A DNA stretch of 63,738 bases, filler included, from Collodictyon triciliatum (lineage: Eukaryota), in the NCBI GenBank assembly GCA_043381765.1. It is 4 parts of 4 records of this genome, joined end to end, with 100 filler letters (N's around TTAATTAATTAA, not from the genome) between each part and the next. Parts side by side here need not be neighbours in the genome. Positions count along the whole stretch, not along the records: positions 1 to 25,383 come from JBHJMP010001046.1; positions 25,484 to 50,826 come from JBHJMP010001049.1; 2 more parts are not named here. One strand, 5' to 3'. Both the position numbers and the translations under genes were made by a program. The notes under the pieces were generated by a model. It saw nothing but the letters and a program-made list of their open reading frames with translations, made no database searches and was not told the origin of the DNA. The stretch's first letter is position 1. Each line of letters begins with the position of its first letter. Below, piece by piece: positions 17,342 through 35,785 of the stretch.

Positions 17342-20300
17342 ATGGCGCACTTCGGCCCACCACACGGATTCGCCCCGCCTCTCCACGGAAGCGGGTCTCT
17401 CTCGCACGCGGCCCCGCGTGTCGGAGGCGCCTTTGTCTCGCCCGGCTCGGCCTACCCGCTCGCACGCCCTCTCGGGCCAAACATCCCCACAAACTCGGTG
17501 CTGAGTCCGCGCCCACAAACGCCGACCCACTCGCCCGCCGCAAACTACCCTCTGAGAAACTCTCCGCCTTACGGGCAGCCACCAACGCAGATGCAACTCC
17601 CGTTCACGCAGCCCCACGCAAACCAGAGTATTTACCATCCCGTGCCGAACGGGCAGAAGTCATGGAGTGGCTCAAATCATGAGCCTGCTTCCAACACGCT
17701 TCCCGGGCCGCCCAGTTATTCTGCTATTCCGGCCCCGCAAGCAGGCGCTTCTCCCCGAGTCAATATGCGTGTCAACCCTGCCGCCCCGCAAAACAAGCTG
17801 AATGCCCCGCCTAAGCATCGGGATAACCATCTCAAGGTCATTGGAAACTATGATATAGACAAGGCCATCGGCGAAGGCTCCTACGCGAAGGTTAAACTTG
17901 CCCGACANNNNNNNNNNNNNNNNNNNNNNNNNNNNNNNNNNNNNNNNNNNNNNNNNNNNNNNNNNNNNNNNNNNNNNNNNNNNNNNNNNNNNNNNNNNNN
18001 NNNNNNNNNNNNNNNNNNNNNNNNNNNNNNNNNNNNNNNNNNNNNNNNNNNNNNNNNNNNNNNNNNNNNNNNNNNNNNNNNNNNNNNNNNNNNNNNNNNN
18101 NNNNNNNNNNNNNNNNNNNNNNNNNNNNNNNNNNNNNNNNNNNNNNNNNNNNNNNNNNNNNNNNNNNNNNNNNNNNNNNNNNNNNNNNNNNNNNNNNNNN
18201 NNNNNNNNNNNNNNNNNNNNNNNNNNNNNNNNNNNNNNNNNNNNNNNNNNNNNNNNNNNNNNNNNNNNNNNNNNNNNNNNNNNNNNNNNNNNNNNNNNNN
18301 NNNNNNNNNNNNNNNNNNNNNNNNNNNNNNNNNNNNNNNNNNNNNNNNNNAAGTAATCGAGACAGATGATGAATTCTACCTTGCATTGGAATATGCCGAT
18401 GGCGGAGAGCTCTTCGACTACATCGTCTCTCATGGAAGAGTTTGCCTCTATCCAATACTTGATATTTCATTTTCTTATTGCCATCGAGCCATATTTTTCG
18501 TGATAATTATTTTATGTTTTATTAATTTCCTAGTTTCTCCTCTACTATTTTTTTCTCGCAATCAAAGTATATTATAATCTTACTTCTACTCGTGCCTCAT
18601 AATGCCACCTCATGTATTCGAATCTGTATCAAATCAAGGGTAACAATCATGCATCCAACATGCAAATGTTTTTTTTCCCTCTCTTTTTTCTATCCCTTCA
18701 TTTTCAGATATCTGAGAGAGAAGGGCGTCGAATCTTTCGCCAAATTTTCGAGGCTGTTGAGTATCTTCACAACAATGAAATAGCCCACCGAGATTTGAAA
18801 CCCGAAAACGTTTTGCTCGACCGAGGCCGCAATGTGCGGCTGATTGACTTTGGGATGGCCACATTCTTTAAACCCTTGGAGCCTCACACAGAAACGTGCG
18901 GCTCCTTAGCCTATGCTGCTCCTGAAATGCTACAAGGGCGGCCGTACGAATGCACAGGGATTGATGTTTGGAGCATGGGCGTAATGCTCTATGCCCTCCT
19001 TGCCGGCTATCTTCCCTTTGAGGACCAGGACCAGCGCAAGCTGCAGGAGAAAATCATCCGCGGGAAGGTCGTATATCCATCATTCCTGTCCAAAGGTGTG
19101 TAATTCTATCCCACAAAAAAGAAAGAAAGAAAGAGATAATATAAAGAATAAGTCAAGAAAACAATACGCGCGGATGAAGCGATATTTTATGAAATATCAT
19201 GCCATCGATATGTAGTTGAGCTTGATGAAGAGTCAAAAAGAAGAAGAACCAGACAATAATGAGAGAAATGGCATATAATATGATTTTACCTGCAAATGAA
19301 TTTTTCTAACATGTCCCATTTTGCCTGCATGTGCTCAGAGGCCAAAGACCTGATTCGTATCATCCTCAACACAAACCCACGCGAACGACCTACACTGAAC
19401 CAAATCAAAACGCATCCGTGGATGGACTGGTCTGCCATCACCACAGAGCCAACGCTGCAACTGCTTCCACACGACCCCGACGTCATGGGGCAGATGGAAG
19501 CACTTGGCTACGAGAAGGACCTGATCACAAAGGCAATCACCACAAAAGCTTGCAATGATGCCTACGCAACATACATCCTCTTCCTCTTGAAAAAGCACCG
19601 CAACATGAGGGAAAGCGGCCGCACAGCCACCCGCCGGCCTGCGAGCGACCAGCCTGTCCCAAAGGTCTCAGAACCGATGCCCGATGCAAAGCCGGCTGTG
19701 GCACCAGAGCCCCACGTTCTGACATCGACCGAACCACATCACAACCACAATCAAAATCTTTATCAAAATCACTCCCCGAGTGCGACTGTCGCCCCTGCAA
19801 CACCGGCGGAGCCTGCGCGGCACCTGCGGCCAAATCCACTGACCAACCCAGGCACACTTCCAACTGTCAAAGCCCAGTCAAATATCCTTGCAAACCCCGG
19901 CCGACCAACATCGCCGTCTCTTCCAGCAGCACGGCCCGCCACTGCGACCGAGCCAGCCAGCCCAGCACGGGCCACAACCCCCACTATGACCCCAAACCCG
20001 AACCCGAACCCGAACTCGAATCAAAGTCCAAATCTAAATCCAACTTTCAGTCCAAATCCAACCTTCAGTCCAAATCTAATTTCAAATCCAACTTTCAGTC
20101 CAAATCCAAATCCAAATCCAATTACAAACTCAATTACAAACTCAATCCCAAATCCAAACTCAACTCCGAACCCGGCTCCAATACTAAGTGCGCTTTCAGC
20201 AACGCCAAACCAGAGCGCACTCCGGCCGCAATCAACCACCCTGGGGGACTCGCTGATGATGGTGCGGCGCGAGACGCCGAGCAAAGCCAGCGTGGTCGGG

Positions 20301-21131
20301 ATTGCAGCCACGCCGCTGTCCTCGATTGGGGAGGCGTCTGTGCATCCGTACTCGCTATACTCGTCCGGCTCGGTGGACAGCAGACGCTATCAGAGCTCCG
20401 CGTCTCTGCGGCTGTCTGCGGCTGCCCCGTCCGTGCTACCGCCAACATCCTCGTCCTTGTCCTCGTCCTCGCCTTCTGCCCGGCCCCGCCCATCCAAGCA
20501 AAGCAGCTTCCGCAAGTTTCTACGCGAGTCCTTCTCGTCCCGCAGCCTGCGCGACATCATCCCGTTCCAGCGCTCCTTGAGCCTGGTTGAGAACCGTTCG
20601 CAGCACGTGGATCCATCGCTTGATCCGGCCCGATCCGCAACGCCGCAGTCTGCCCGCTATCCAAACACCCGCATCATCACCGCCGACGGGCTGCGCATGG
20701 CTCCAGACCGCTCTGTTACAGATGTCATGCGCGACCGCTTCTCGCAGCCCATGAGCATATCAGCAACAGCATCAGCACCATCACCATCGCCATCATTGTC
20801 ATCAGCCTCATCCTCCAAGGCATATCCAACTGCAGAGCTGCACCGTCTTGAGCTGGACTCTACCCTCTGGACAAGCACGTCATCATCGAAGCCACCCGAG
20901 AAGCTCTCGCGAAGAGTCGCCCGCTTCCTGGCCAAGCGCGAGTATCCCTATCGAACCGCAGATGCCCGCACCTTCTACTGCGAGACAGACACTCTGCTCT
21001 TCACCATCGAAATCCGCCCGGCCCCCCAATCAGCAGCCGACCCGGTCAACACTGTTGTCCTCAAACGCATCTCGGGGAATATTGTTGCATACCGCGAAAT
21101 CTCTCTTGCACTCATGCGCGCAATCAAGTAG
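17342..21131 (+). CDS. MARK/Par-1/SNF1-related Ser/Thr kinase: Pro-rich N-terminus, kinase, UBA, low-complexity linker, KA1 domain
   Basis: Kinase motifs are [40 protein letters not shown] and [16 protein letters not shown]-like segment ([16 protein letters not shown]...DAYATYILF) and a C-terminal KA1-like segment (LFTIEI...[16 protein letters not shown]) follow. Part of the kinase domain is in N gap 17908-18350. Confidence 0.88.
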
Positions 21132-21734
21132 CCCCTGCTTTTTTTTCTTTTCTTTTCTTCTTTTTTCTTTCTCTTCTTATTCCATGGTTGATTCAATTAT
21201 GTTCTGGCTTTTCTTTATATTTTTGTTTTGTTGCTTCCGAAAGTCTCCTACCTGCACTATCTCCACTTTTCTATCTCGTTCCTGTTTCGCCCGCCTTATC
21301 CGCCAGACGGAGAATCAGCAAATGAGCGGGGGCGGCGTTCGTATCGCAACAATCCAACTATCAACTCATTTATCCAACCACCACACAACGCGCACGGCCT
21401 AATAAAAGTCCTGGGAATAAAAAAAAGCCCAGGAATACTTGCATTTTCATAGTGGCATGTGTCTGGTCCGTTGCCGTGGTCGTTTGTTGTGGCAGCGGCG
21501 TTACCTCGAACTAATTCATTCTTTAATAATATAATAGTTCTATAATCACATAATCTCTTCGTCCGTTCGCCAATGCGCTGGCAATATTAGATGGATGACC
21601 ATAAAGAACATCCATACACTTTTTCATTGTTTTTTTGTTTGTTTGTTTATTTATTTGATCGCAATTAGAAAAAAATGAAAGTGCTTTTGTTCTGTAAACT
21701 TTCGCTTTCTTCACATGCAATTAAAGATTCTCAC

Positions 21735-24700
21735 TTCCACTACCAAAGTTCGCGCTGCTCTGCGGTTCTTTTGCGAATTTGTATCCGTAGACAAAGAAGA
21801 AGATACCGGCAGCAGCAAGGACAGAGCCGACCGTGGTGAGGACAATCAGAATGACCTTGGAAGCATCCTACACAAATCGAAAGATGAGATGATAAAATCA
21901 AATCAAATCAAAGGTATTTTTTTTTCCTTTATCCGATTCAAGGTGAAATCAAATGTGATTTAATGTAAGAATTCATATAAACTCAATGGCTTTGTGGGGA
22001 TTATGGCACACAAGACAAGAGGCTGTCTTATCAGGAGATGAGTTACCTTCGAGGCAATCACGGTGGACTTGTACAGGTCTGCATTTTCCTTCGTCATGGT
22101 GTTGAACCCAATACCCCACAGCACGGGCAGCGGAGCCTTGCTCACTTTGTTGGCGTACAGACGGTTGAAGATAGTATCCATCTCGTCGCCAACCTTGATG
22201 ACAAACTGGGAACCGAGGAAGGCCTCGAACGAGTAGCCCGTCTCTTGGTCGACGCATGCGTATGGTGTGTGCTTGGAAGCATCCGGCTCCATTCCGTCAA
22301 TCTGCACACCCTCACTGTTGATCATCTTGACCTGGCTGGACAGAGACTCATCCACGTACAACATATGAGGGAGAGTGATGTAGACGGGCAGTCCGCTGAG
22401 TCCCGGCTGGAATTCGAGGGTTGTGTAGTTGTGCAGGCCGTCTGGGTGCAGTCCGTGCGGAGAACAGATTGCATATGTGGTTAGAATTATGGTGATACTT
22501 AGGCGGTTGATTCTTTACGTGTGAAAGAATGGGTCACGATAAATTAAAGGAGGCAGAAGGAGCGAATACTTACTGTACATCATGAAGTACTTTTGATTCT
22601 CAGGATTTACACTTCCACTCGCCAATGTGAAGGGTGCTAGCTCGAAGCGGCGAGTGGTAAGGCCTTGCACTTTCTGTTCCTTCACATATGTCAGATCGAC
22701 ATCTCGAGTTAGGGCAGACGTGAAGACGTTGAAGACATCGCTCTTGGAGCGTGGGACATTTGCAGTTGGGTCTTTTCCAGTGACCTTTGGAGAGAAGGTA
22801 AATTACGAGAAGAAAGCAGGATTATTTCATTTGTTATAGTTTATGTGTTCATTATCATCAGAATGTGCTAAGAGCATTGGTGATCACTCGCGTAAGAGGA
22901 AGATAGGAAGAAGTGGTGGAGCATTATTGGCCAATATACATGAGCGTGGCACATGGCCTCAATTTAAATCCTACCTTAATTTTCTCTCCCCACAGGTTTG
23001 ATCCATCTGAGCGAATGTAGTAAGGTTGTCCATAGTATTTGTCGATGGTCTGGATATTGTCCAAGTTGTTCTTGCCTGTATAGTAAGTCGATGGTGGCTT
23101 TGACCGGGCGAGCTCAGGGGATGTATAGTTGGAGAAGATGCCGATGGCTTTGGTGCTGGCTCCCAAGAAAGAAAGCAGTGGGTCTGGCTGGGTTCCGAAC
23201 AAAAAGTCGCGGACAGTGGTTCTCTTCCATAGGCATCCGTAGTTTTTGCAGACTGGGTCAAGGGTCAAACTGAGAACATAGTCCAAATACAGCTTGAATG
23301 CATACGCACTGGACTCGTTGGGGAAGCCGAAGCACTGGGCTGCTAGTGTTGGGCTTTGACCCATGAGCGTGAAGAACTTAATGACACCAAGTGGGGTGCG
23401 GAATCCAGGTGAGCACACTTCGTTACCTTCGATGATTGCACGCATCTATACGGGAAAATGAGGCACGATAAGATAGAGGACATTCTAAGTCGACACTAAC
23501 ATGATATCTAACTATCTAACTACGATAAATAGTGGTGGGAGTAGAGAAATCAAGACTTGATTTCATATCCATATGAGTAAAAAGAAAATAAGTTGGCGGT
23601 GGTAATTACCGTTGCGATGTTGTAGGAGGAGCCTGCAGGGTTGCTGATAAACTTTGTCCATGCGGCATATTCAACATAGAAGGGAGCATTACCCAGCTCA
23701 TACAAAGAAGCGCCATAGAGTGATGTCAGACTTCCAAACTGAAGGAAAGGGATATCACTCTTTTGGGTATATCCTTGTGCAATCCACGGTGCATTAAAAG
23801 TCTTCAGGAAGTTGTTCAAATAATCGATGGTAAATTTTCCGTACCAGGACAACAACCTATTTTGTTTTATTAAAAAAAAAAGTGTGAGCCATGATTAGAT
23901 AAATATTACGAAACTTTGAAAAACAAAAACCACCGAAGGCAAAAGCTACGAATGTTTTTGTTCTCACTGGTCATTTTCGTAAGATATATTTAGCTTACAA
24001 ACCTTTTCAAATTGGAAGAGGATAGACCGAAGGTTCGTTGGAGCATAGCGGCAGCAGCAGTATCGCCGTTGACAGCTTAAATTCCCAGAAGGGGTGTGGT
24101 AATTTAATATTATAGTCCAAACATTAAAAAAAAATATAATCAGAACAGACACTAAGTTGAGTGAAGCTTCGAAGATTAAAAGGTGAGACGGCAATTAAAG
24201 TCTTTTCATTCTTACCTTTAAGCCAGTACTGGAAAAGAGACGGATGAGTGAAAGAATATGGTGTAGCAGAGTCAAACAGCTTTGCCGTCAGTGTAGTGCT
24301 AATCATGGGGTCTGCACATGGGTTGAGGTCTCCAGATGAGCAGGGGAGGAATCCTGGCTGCCAAACATGGCTTCCTAGGAAGGACTTGATGGTTGCAGGG
24401 GTCCCAACGATTGCAATGCTCTCCAACGAAACAGGAGAACCTGACAGGGTTGTGAAGTTTGAATAGAAGTTTGCTGTGGATCCAGCATACGAATATGTCA
24501 CGGCGAATTGGAGCCAGTTTGTGACAGCGGTGGGCATTGCACCATAGTAGACTGTATCAGAGAACTCTGTCTCCAGAGAAACAAATGTTTTGTTCAAAAA
24601 GGACGCCAAGACACTTGAGGCGAGACCATACTCAGAGAGGCGCATGCCTTGAACTTTTGTGTAGACCGTAGCAAGGAAAGCCATGTTGACCTGAGTGGTT

Positions 24701-25305
24701 AAGCACAGTGAAGTTGGTTAGAGTGAGTGGAGATGGTTGGTTTTGGCTTGTATGTTTTATTGTCCGTTTCCTTCGGTAGAGATTGCTTCGAGGCATACTC
24801 AAGCGTGATTTAAGCACATGTTTGAGCACACCTATACTATGCATAAGGACATATTCTAAGTGGAGTGTTCATATCAATTGTTTACCTGGTAGATAATATC
24901 GCTGTCGTCGTGCTTTGAATCCTTGCGGTACTGGTATGTAGTCCATGGACGGTAGGAAACCTTCTCTCCATCATCTGAAAAGGTGACGTCGAGCTTCTGT
25001 ACAACCTTCTCGTACTGGTAAGGACCAACCTCCTTGACCACAGGTTGTTCTCCGGCCATGACCGCTTCGATGTTTGTGATGTTGTAGATGTAGAAGTCTC
25101 CATAGTAGAAGGCGTCATCACCGTCGTTTGTGCGGAGCCAGTCTGTGTAGCTGGAGTGGGTTGGAGAGTCGATCACAACAGTCTCGTCGACTGTGTCGCG
25201 CAGGGCCTTTGTGATGCCGAAGCTGACGACCACTCCAATGATGATCAGAACAATTCCAAACAGGACAAGGAACGTCCCGCAGCGTAGCGAGTTTTTCTTG
25301 TCCAT
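21735..25305 (-). CDS. CD36/SCARB/LIMP-II family membrane glycoprotein (Dictyostelium Lmp-like, long ectodomain); final short exon uncertain
   Basis: There is an N-terminal TM helix, then FYIYNITN..V..G.QP.VKEVGPYQY, TVRDFLFG, YYTGKNNLDNI, GLPVYITLPHMLYVD, GMEPDASKH...VDQETG and PLPVLW, and a C-terminal TM (VILIVLTTVGSVLAAAGIFFFVYGY). Confidence 0.88.
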
Positions 25306-25383
25306 CTTGTCGAAAGGGAAGGGGGGGGGGGGGGGGGGGGGGAGGGGGAGAAAAAAGAGCAAAGGTTGTTTTGTTTTTTTTTT

Positions 25384-25483
25384 NNNNNNNNNNNNNNNNN
25401 NNNNNNNNNNNNNNNNNNNNNNNNNNNTTAATTAATTAANNNNNNNNNNNNNNNNNNNNNNNNNNNNNNNNNNNNNNNNNNNN
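25384..25483. other. Artificial scaffold-concatenation spacer (44 N + TTAATTAATTAA + 44 N)
   Basis: A six-frame stop linker flanked by equal N runs; identical at three places. Confidence 0.95.
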
Positions 25484-25599
<116 letters not shown>

Positions 25600-25609
25600 T
25601 AAGGCAAAG

Positions 25610-28600
25610 ACTTCTGATGCTACTTCTGTAGCCCGATTCCGAAGATTTTGAATGACTGTACGAAGCTGCCCAAGGGCGGATGATAATTGGTAGGGCCCTA
25701 AAGAGAGGGAAAGACAATATGGGTATAAAATAAAAGATCTCAAAATTAAACGTTCAAAGGAATCTTGGGCTATTCGGAGGAACAATCGTGAGATATTAAA
25801 CAACGCTTTGTAGGGTGCATAGGCTAATTCATTCTTTCAAAAACTAAAACCTTCTGTAGGGTCGACCTGGCCTCCACTTTTTACCTTGTCCAATACACGA
25901 TATATCGAATTGAGCTCTTGGGGAACTTCAGACGAAACCACATCAAGGATATGGCAGGTTTGAGTGTATTGGTTTTGGAGCTTCGTAGAGGAAAAAAAAA
26001 AAAAGATATTCAGAAAGCATGCTTCAACTAGCATTCGTTTGGCTGCGGAGTAAAGGCGCCCCAAAATAAATTAATTGCGCTTGAAATTGTGAATGTGAGA
26101 CAAACATCTGAAAGCTCATTGGCGAGGGATATATCTGTACTGCGAAGGCGAGCAATCTCCTCGGTCAACAACTCGACTTGTTGCTTCTTTTCTGCAACCT
26201 CTTTCGTGACATGAGACAAGGACAGAAGCTGATGGCGGACGTCGGAAAGTTGACTGGTTGAAAAATACAAGAAAGTAAAAGTAAATTGTAGGAGATAAAA
26301 AAAAATTAGTGTGGGAAGGGAAAGGCGACACTTTAATGGTATGTAAGATGAAAACAATCATCAGACGAAAAATACAAGAAAATCGGCACTTAAGATAGAT
26401 AAAATCAAGATGAACCTTTCCAATTGTAAGTTAGCATCCTTCAATCTCTTTTCTGTTTCGATGTGTAATTCTCTCCAACGTTTCTTCTCCTCCTCTAGGG
26501 ACTTAACGCTCGATTTTTCTACTCGGAGCTGTTCCTTTAGTTCAGATTGGGCATAAGTCAAGTCACGAACCTGGTTTGATGATAAGTGCGTTAGCAAATA
26601 GTGTACCTTGCTTATCAAAGTGCAAGAGAAATTTTGCCTTAATTTACCATTTCTTGTTGATTTATTTGCTTAATCGTTCGTTTGCAAAACAGTATTTGCA
26701 CCAATACCTACTTTTTACTGAAAAACAATTGAATATAGATTCTTACTTCGCCTTGCAAAGTCGGTATGACAGTCAGCTCCTTTCTGTACTCGTCCAACAA
26801 GTGGGCGTCTTTCGCCATCTTTTGAACTTTTTCTAGCGTAAATTGGTGCGTATTTAAATTGAGAACCAAATAGAATAATAAAATAGGATTATGCAACAGA
26901 CAGCGAGGGACAGAAACCTTGGAAAGTGCCCAACTGCTTTTGAAGGTCAACACATGTCGCTTGCAACTCGTTCCTTTCCTGTTGCAAAACTGTCTTCTCC
27001 ATTTCCAGGTGGCTAATCACCTCTCCATTTTCTTTCGATAGTCTCACTTGTGAGTTGAGTTTTGATATTGTTTCTGTGGGACAAAAGAAAGAAAATCGAA
27101 TATGTGGAAAGAACAATTAAACAAAGTAGTCACGCTACAATCAAGAGGGTAATGAAATCAATCGAACAGTTCACAGAACTGTTTATTTCCTTACCTCTTT
27201 GTGCCTCTACGGTATCAAGAGCAATATTTAACTCGTTCTCCAGACGAACTTTGCTCATTTCCCAGCGCTCCAGCTCAGTTCTGATTGACCCTTCGTAGTC
27301 GTACTGTTGTCTTCGCAACTGTTGTGCCATTTGGGCTTTGCTTTCCTCGTATTTAATCTGCATATGGACAGTTTAAGGTCAATTTTTTCTTTTACAAATG
27401 TATATAAAAAAAATGACGACAGAATACAGTAATTACAATAAAACATCAAAGACATCAAAAAAATTGAACAAAAACTTGTCATTTAATGACAAAAATAGGA
27501 TGAACCAAGTTTTCAAAATGAAGCCTTTCATATGAACATCCAATTTACTTTTTCATCTTCCAAGCGACTAACATCCGATTTTAAGATTATCTCATTTTCT
27601 TCCAATTGCCTGATTTTTTCTAGAAGTTCATCTTTGATATATTGGTGCGGTATCAGTGAACAATCATGGATAAAAAAAAAAAAAGAAACCATACATAAAT
27701 GGTGGTGCCACATAAAAATCAACGGGCTATACGATTTGTTGAATTATAGAAACTAATTTGCAATATCACATTCGATATAAAAATCATGTTTAAGTATATC
27801 CGATGGCTCTAAAAAAAACTAGTCGTTCAATACCTCTACGATAGCTTGACTCTGTCTCTCTTAGCTTTGCTCTTTCCTCGACCAAGGACAATTGGGCTTT
27901 CATGTTGAATGCCTGCTCCTTGAATCGAAGAAGCTCTGACACCTGTGGGTGATAATTTGTTTTGTTTTTCAGAATTAAATGTTAAATCTACGGGCCATGA
28001 ATGAAGAACTGCAAGAATAGTAATAAATCAAACTTCTAGATTGAAAAACAAAACCTGCTGACGAAGCTCTGATATGATGGCCTCCTTTCTTTCATTTTCC
28101 ATTTTAATCTGGTGAACCTAAGTTGTCCAAACCAAATTGATTTTAAAAGCATATTAAGCTTCATCTCTTATCAATTATGCATATCGATGAACTTCAATGC
28201 GTCGGTTTTTCCAAATATGCCTCCAAAAAAAGAAAAAAAGCAGGAGGAATTCCATTCAGTCAAGGATGTATTAAAATGTTGTGAAAATATCGTATCGTGT
28301 TTCAGTAAATAACTGATGATCAGTACCTGTGCCACCTGCTGCTGAAGAAGCGAGACGGCCTCCTCTTCCGTCTTCAGCTGGCTTTCTTCCAAGGACCTAA
28401 CATCGAACGGCTACGAATGGATGTTGCGAATGAAAAGGTAAGGCATGAAAAATCAACGGGAGAAGGGTTGTTCTCCATAGCCAAGATTGGATAATTTGAA
28501 TGCAGGTGGTTCTTTTATCATCCTTTATCTTTTATCGTCTTCTATCTTTTTTATCTATTATCTTTTATCTTTTATCTTTTATCTTTTATCTTTTATCTTT

Positions 28601-29721
28601 TATCTTTTATCTTTTATCTTTTATCTTTTATCTTTTATCTTTTATCTTNNNNNNNNNNNNNNNNNNNNNNNNNNNNNNNNNNNNNNNNNNNNNNNNNNNN
28701 NNNNNNNNNNNNNNNNNNNNNNNNNNNNNNNNNNNNNNNNNNNNNNNNNNNNNNNNNNNNNNNNNNNNNNNNNNNNNNNNNNNNNNNNNNNNNNNNNNNN
28801 NNNNNNNNNNNNNNNNNNNNNNNNNNNNNNNNNNNNNNNNNNNNNNNNNNNNNNNNNNNNNNNNNNNNNNNNNNNNNNNNNNNNNNNNNNNNNNNNNNNN
28901 NNNNNNNNNNNNNNNNNNNNNNNNNNNNNNNNNNNNNNNNNNNNNNNNNNNNNNNNNNNNNNNNNNNNNNNNNNNNNNNNNNNNNNNNNNNNNNNNNNNN
29001 NNNNNNNNNNNNNNNNNNNNNNNNNNNNNNNNTTTTATCTTTTATCTTTTATCTTTTATCTTTTATCTTTTATCTTTTATCTTTTATCTTTTATCTTTTA
29101 TCTTTTATCTTTTATCTTTTATCTTTTATCTTTTATCTTTTATCTTTTATCTTTTATCTTTTATCTTTTATCTTTTATCTTTTATCTTTTATCTTTTATC
29201 TTTTATCTTTTATCATCTTTTATCTTTTATCTTTTATCTTTTATCTTTTATCTTTTATCTTTTATCTTTTATCTTTTATCTTTTATCTTTTATCTTTTAT
29301 CTTTTATCTTTTATCTTTTATCTTTTATCTTTTATCTTTTATCTTTTATCTTTTATCTTTTATCTTTTATCTTTTATCATGTTGCATATTCAAATATATT
29401 TATTGAGAAAATAATAGAGTACATCATTATGGGACGAGAAACGGTGGCGAACGGGCGAGTCGAGGCTTCCGCGACCAAATCCTGATAGTTTAGTAGTAGA
29501 GAGCAAGGTTATAAGTCAAAGGACAAACAATCATCTGAACTGGGCAGCTATCACTGGCACCCTTATTTTTTTTCTTTTTTCTTCAACCTGGTTCCAACCA
29601 CTCAATAGAATAAAGAGACCTTGATAATCCAGATGTTGAAAAAAAAATAGTTATTGAAAATAAAAAGAGAAAAGAAAAAAAAAAACGACAGAGACCTGCT
29701 GCTCTTCCTGAAAGCGCCATG
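25610..29721 (-). CDS. Uncharacterised long coiled-coil protein (multi-exon, 3' end truncated by the scaffold end; 5' exons uncertain)
   Basis: A series of GT-AG-bounded E/Q/K/L-rich heptad exons, e.g. LEESQLKTEEEAVSLLQQQVAQ, IKYEESKAQMAQQLRRQQYDYEGSIRTELERWE, VRDLTYAQSELKEQLRVEK and EVAEKKQQVELLTEEIARLR. No family motif recognised. Confidence 0.6.
28559..29377. repeat. (TTTTATC)n heptanucleotide array spanning an N gap, intronic
   Basis: Near-perfect 7-mer repeats on both sides of gap 28649-29032. Confidence 0.95.
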
Positions 29722-29985
29722 ACGCGGACGAGGCCCAGTTGGAAGTTCGATGCTGCACAAGGAAAGAGTGAGGGTTAATGATCGCATATATTCAGGAAGC
29801 AAAAAGAGGCGCTCTTTCTGCTCGCATCGATAACTTCCGTTCGAGATTGACGCCGAAGAGTGAAGAGAGAGAAAAAAAAAATAAGGAGAAAGAAAAGAAA
29901 AAACAAATCTGGTTGGAAAAAGGCTGCGCACTCATGCCAAAGTCAGCGGCGCAACGTTCAGTTTTGAGGGCGCAGAGCAAAAAAG

Positions 29986-30059
29986 TGGTCCTGCCCGGGC
30001 TCGAACCGGGGACCTTGCGCATGTGAGGCGCACGTGATAACCAACTACACCACAGAACC
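29986..30059 (-). tRNA. trnV-CAC: tRNA-Val (anticodon CAC)
   Basis: The reverse complement is GGTTCTGTGGTGTAGTTGGTTATCACGTGCGCCTCACATGCGCAAGGTCCCCGGTTCGAGCCCGGGCAGGACCA. Anticodon arm TGCGC-CT-CAC-AT-GCGCA, followed by an oligo-T terminator. Confidence 0.95.
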
Positions 30060-30774
30060 ATCCTTATTTCTCATGAGATTTATACAAGACTAAAACACAT
30101 ATAATTTTCCTTTTCCACTTCATTTTCATACCACATTATCCTTGAATTGCCGCATTCAGACCTCTCTTGATTGCAATATATTCACCTGTATGTCAATATT
30201 ACACATATTGTGCATTTTTATATCAATTCCATCTAAATCGAAACATAATGTCGTGATTCTAAAATGTGTACCATATAATCCAGATTTGATGATTTGGTGT
30301 TTCATCCACATTCAGTAATTTATTCACACTCACTGGGCTGAGCGACCATTTTGAAAGCAATAGCAGGAAGCACGAAATCATCACGCGTTCTGCTTGATGC
30401 GCAGCCGATCGGCAACTGAGAAGCCGGGTGAAGACCGGAGACAACAATTCTCTTGGAGAGAAAGCAAAGAGTGTGTGAGAGCGAGAGACAATGAGAAAGA
30501 GTGAGAAAGCAAATCGGTTCTGTTAAAGATCAGGAAATGATTCCGTGCCGAAGGAATAAACCTCGAGTTCACAGCCGGTTCTTTTCGCCTTCTCTTCTTG
30601 CCTTTATTCCCCACAGATTCTTCCCCTCCCCAACTGATTTCTGTCCCCATTCTTTTATTTTCTTATTCATTAATGTTTCCTTTCTATATCAATTCATAGT
30701 CCGGGCGAATCTCTGCCACCCGAGAAACAATAAAGGACTTTTGTTGCGTGCCAGAAAGAAGACGCCCACCTGAA

Positions 30775-35546
<4,772 letters not shown>

Positions 35547-35736
35547 CATTATCCATCACCAAAATATAGGGCCGAATATAAATCAAGTCTTGTGGCTTAG
35601 GCAAAAGAATAAAGGAGAGCGGAAAAAGGAAAGAAAAAAGACACATGAAGGAGAGAGATAAACTAATACTACATCAAAGGAGAAGCATCGGATGTCAAAA
35701 AAAGACAGATATATCAGAATTTGGCATCATTTCTTT

Positions 35737-35785
<49 letters not shown>

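Noticed and set aside
21408-21434. Small hairpin CCTGGG...CCCAGG between the convergent kinase and CD36 genes
   Set aside because: The short stem is expected by chance and has no supporting context.
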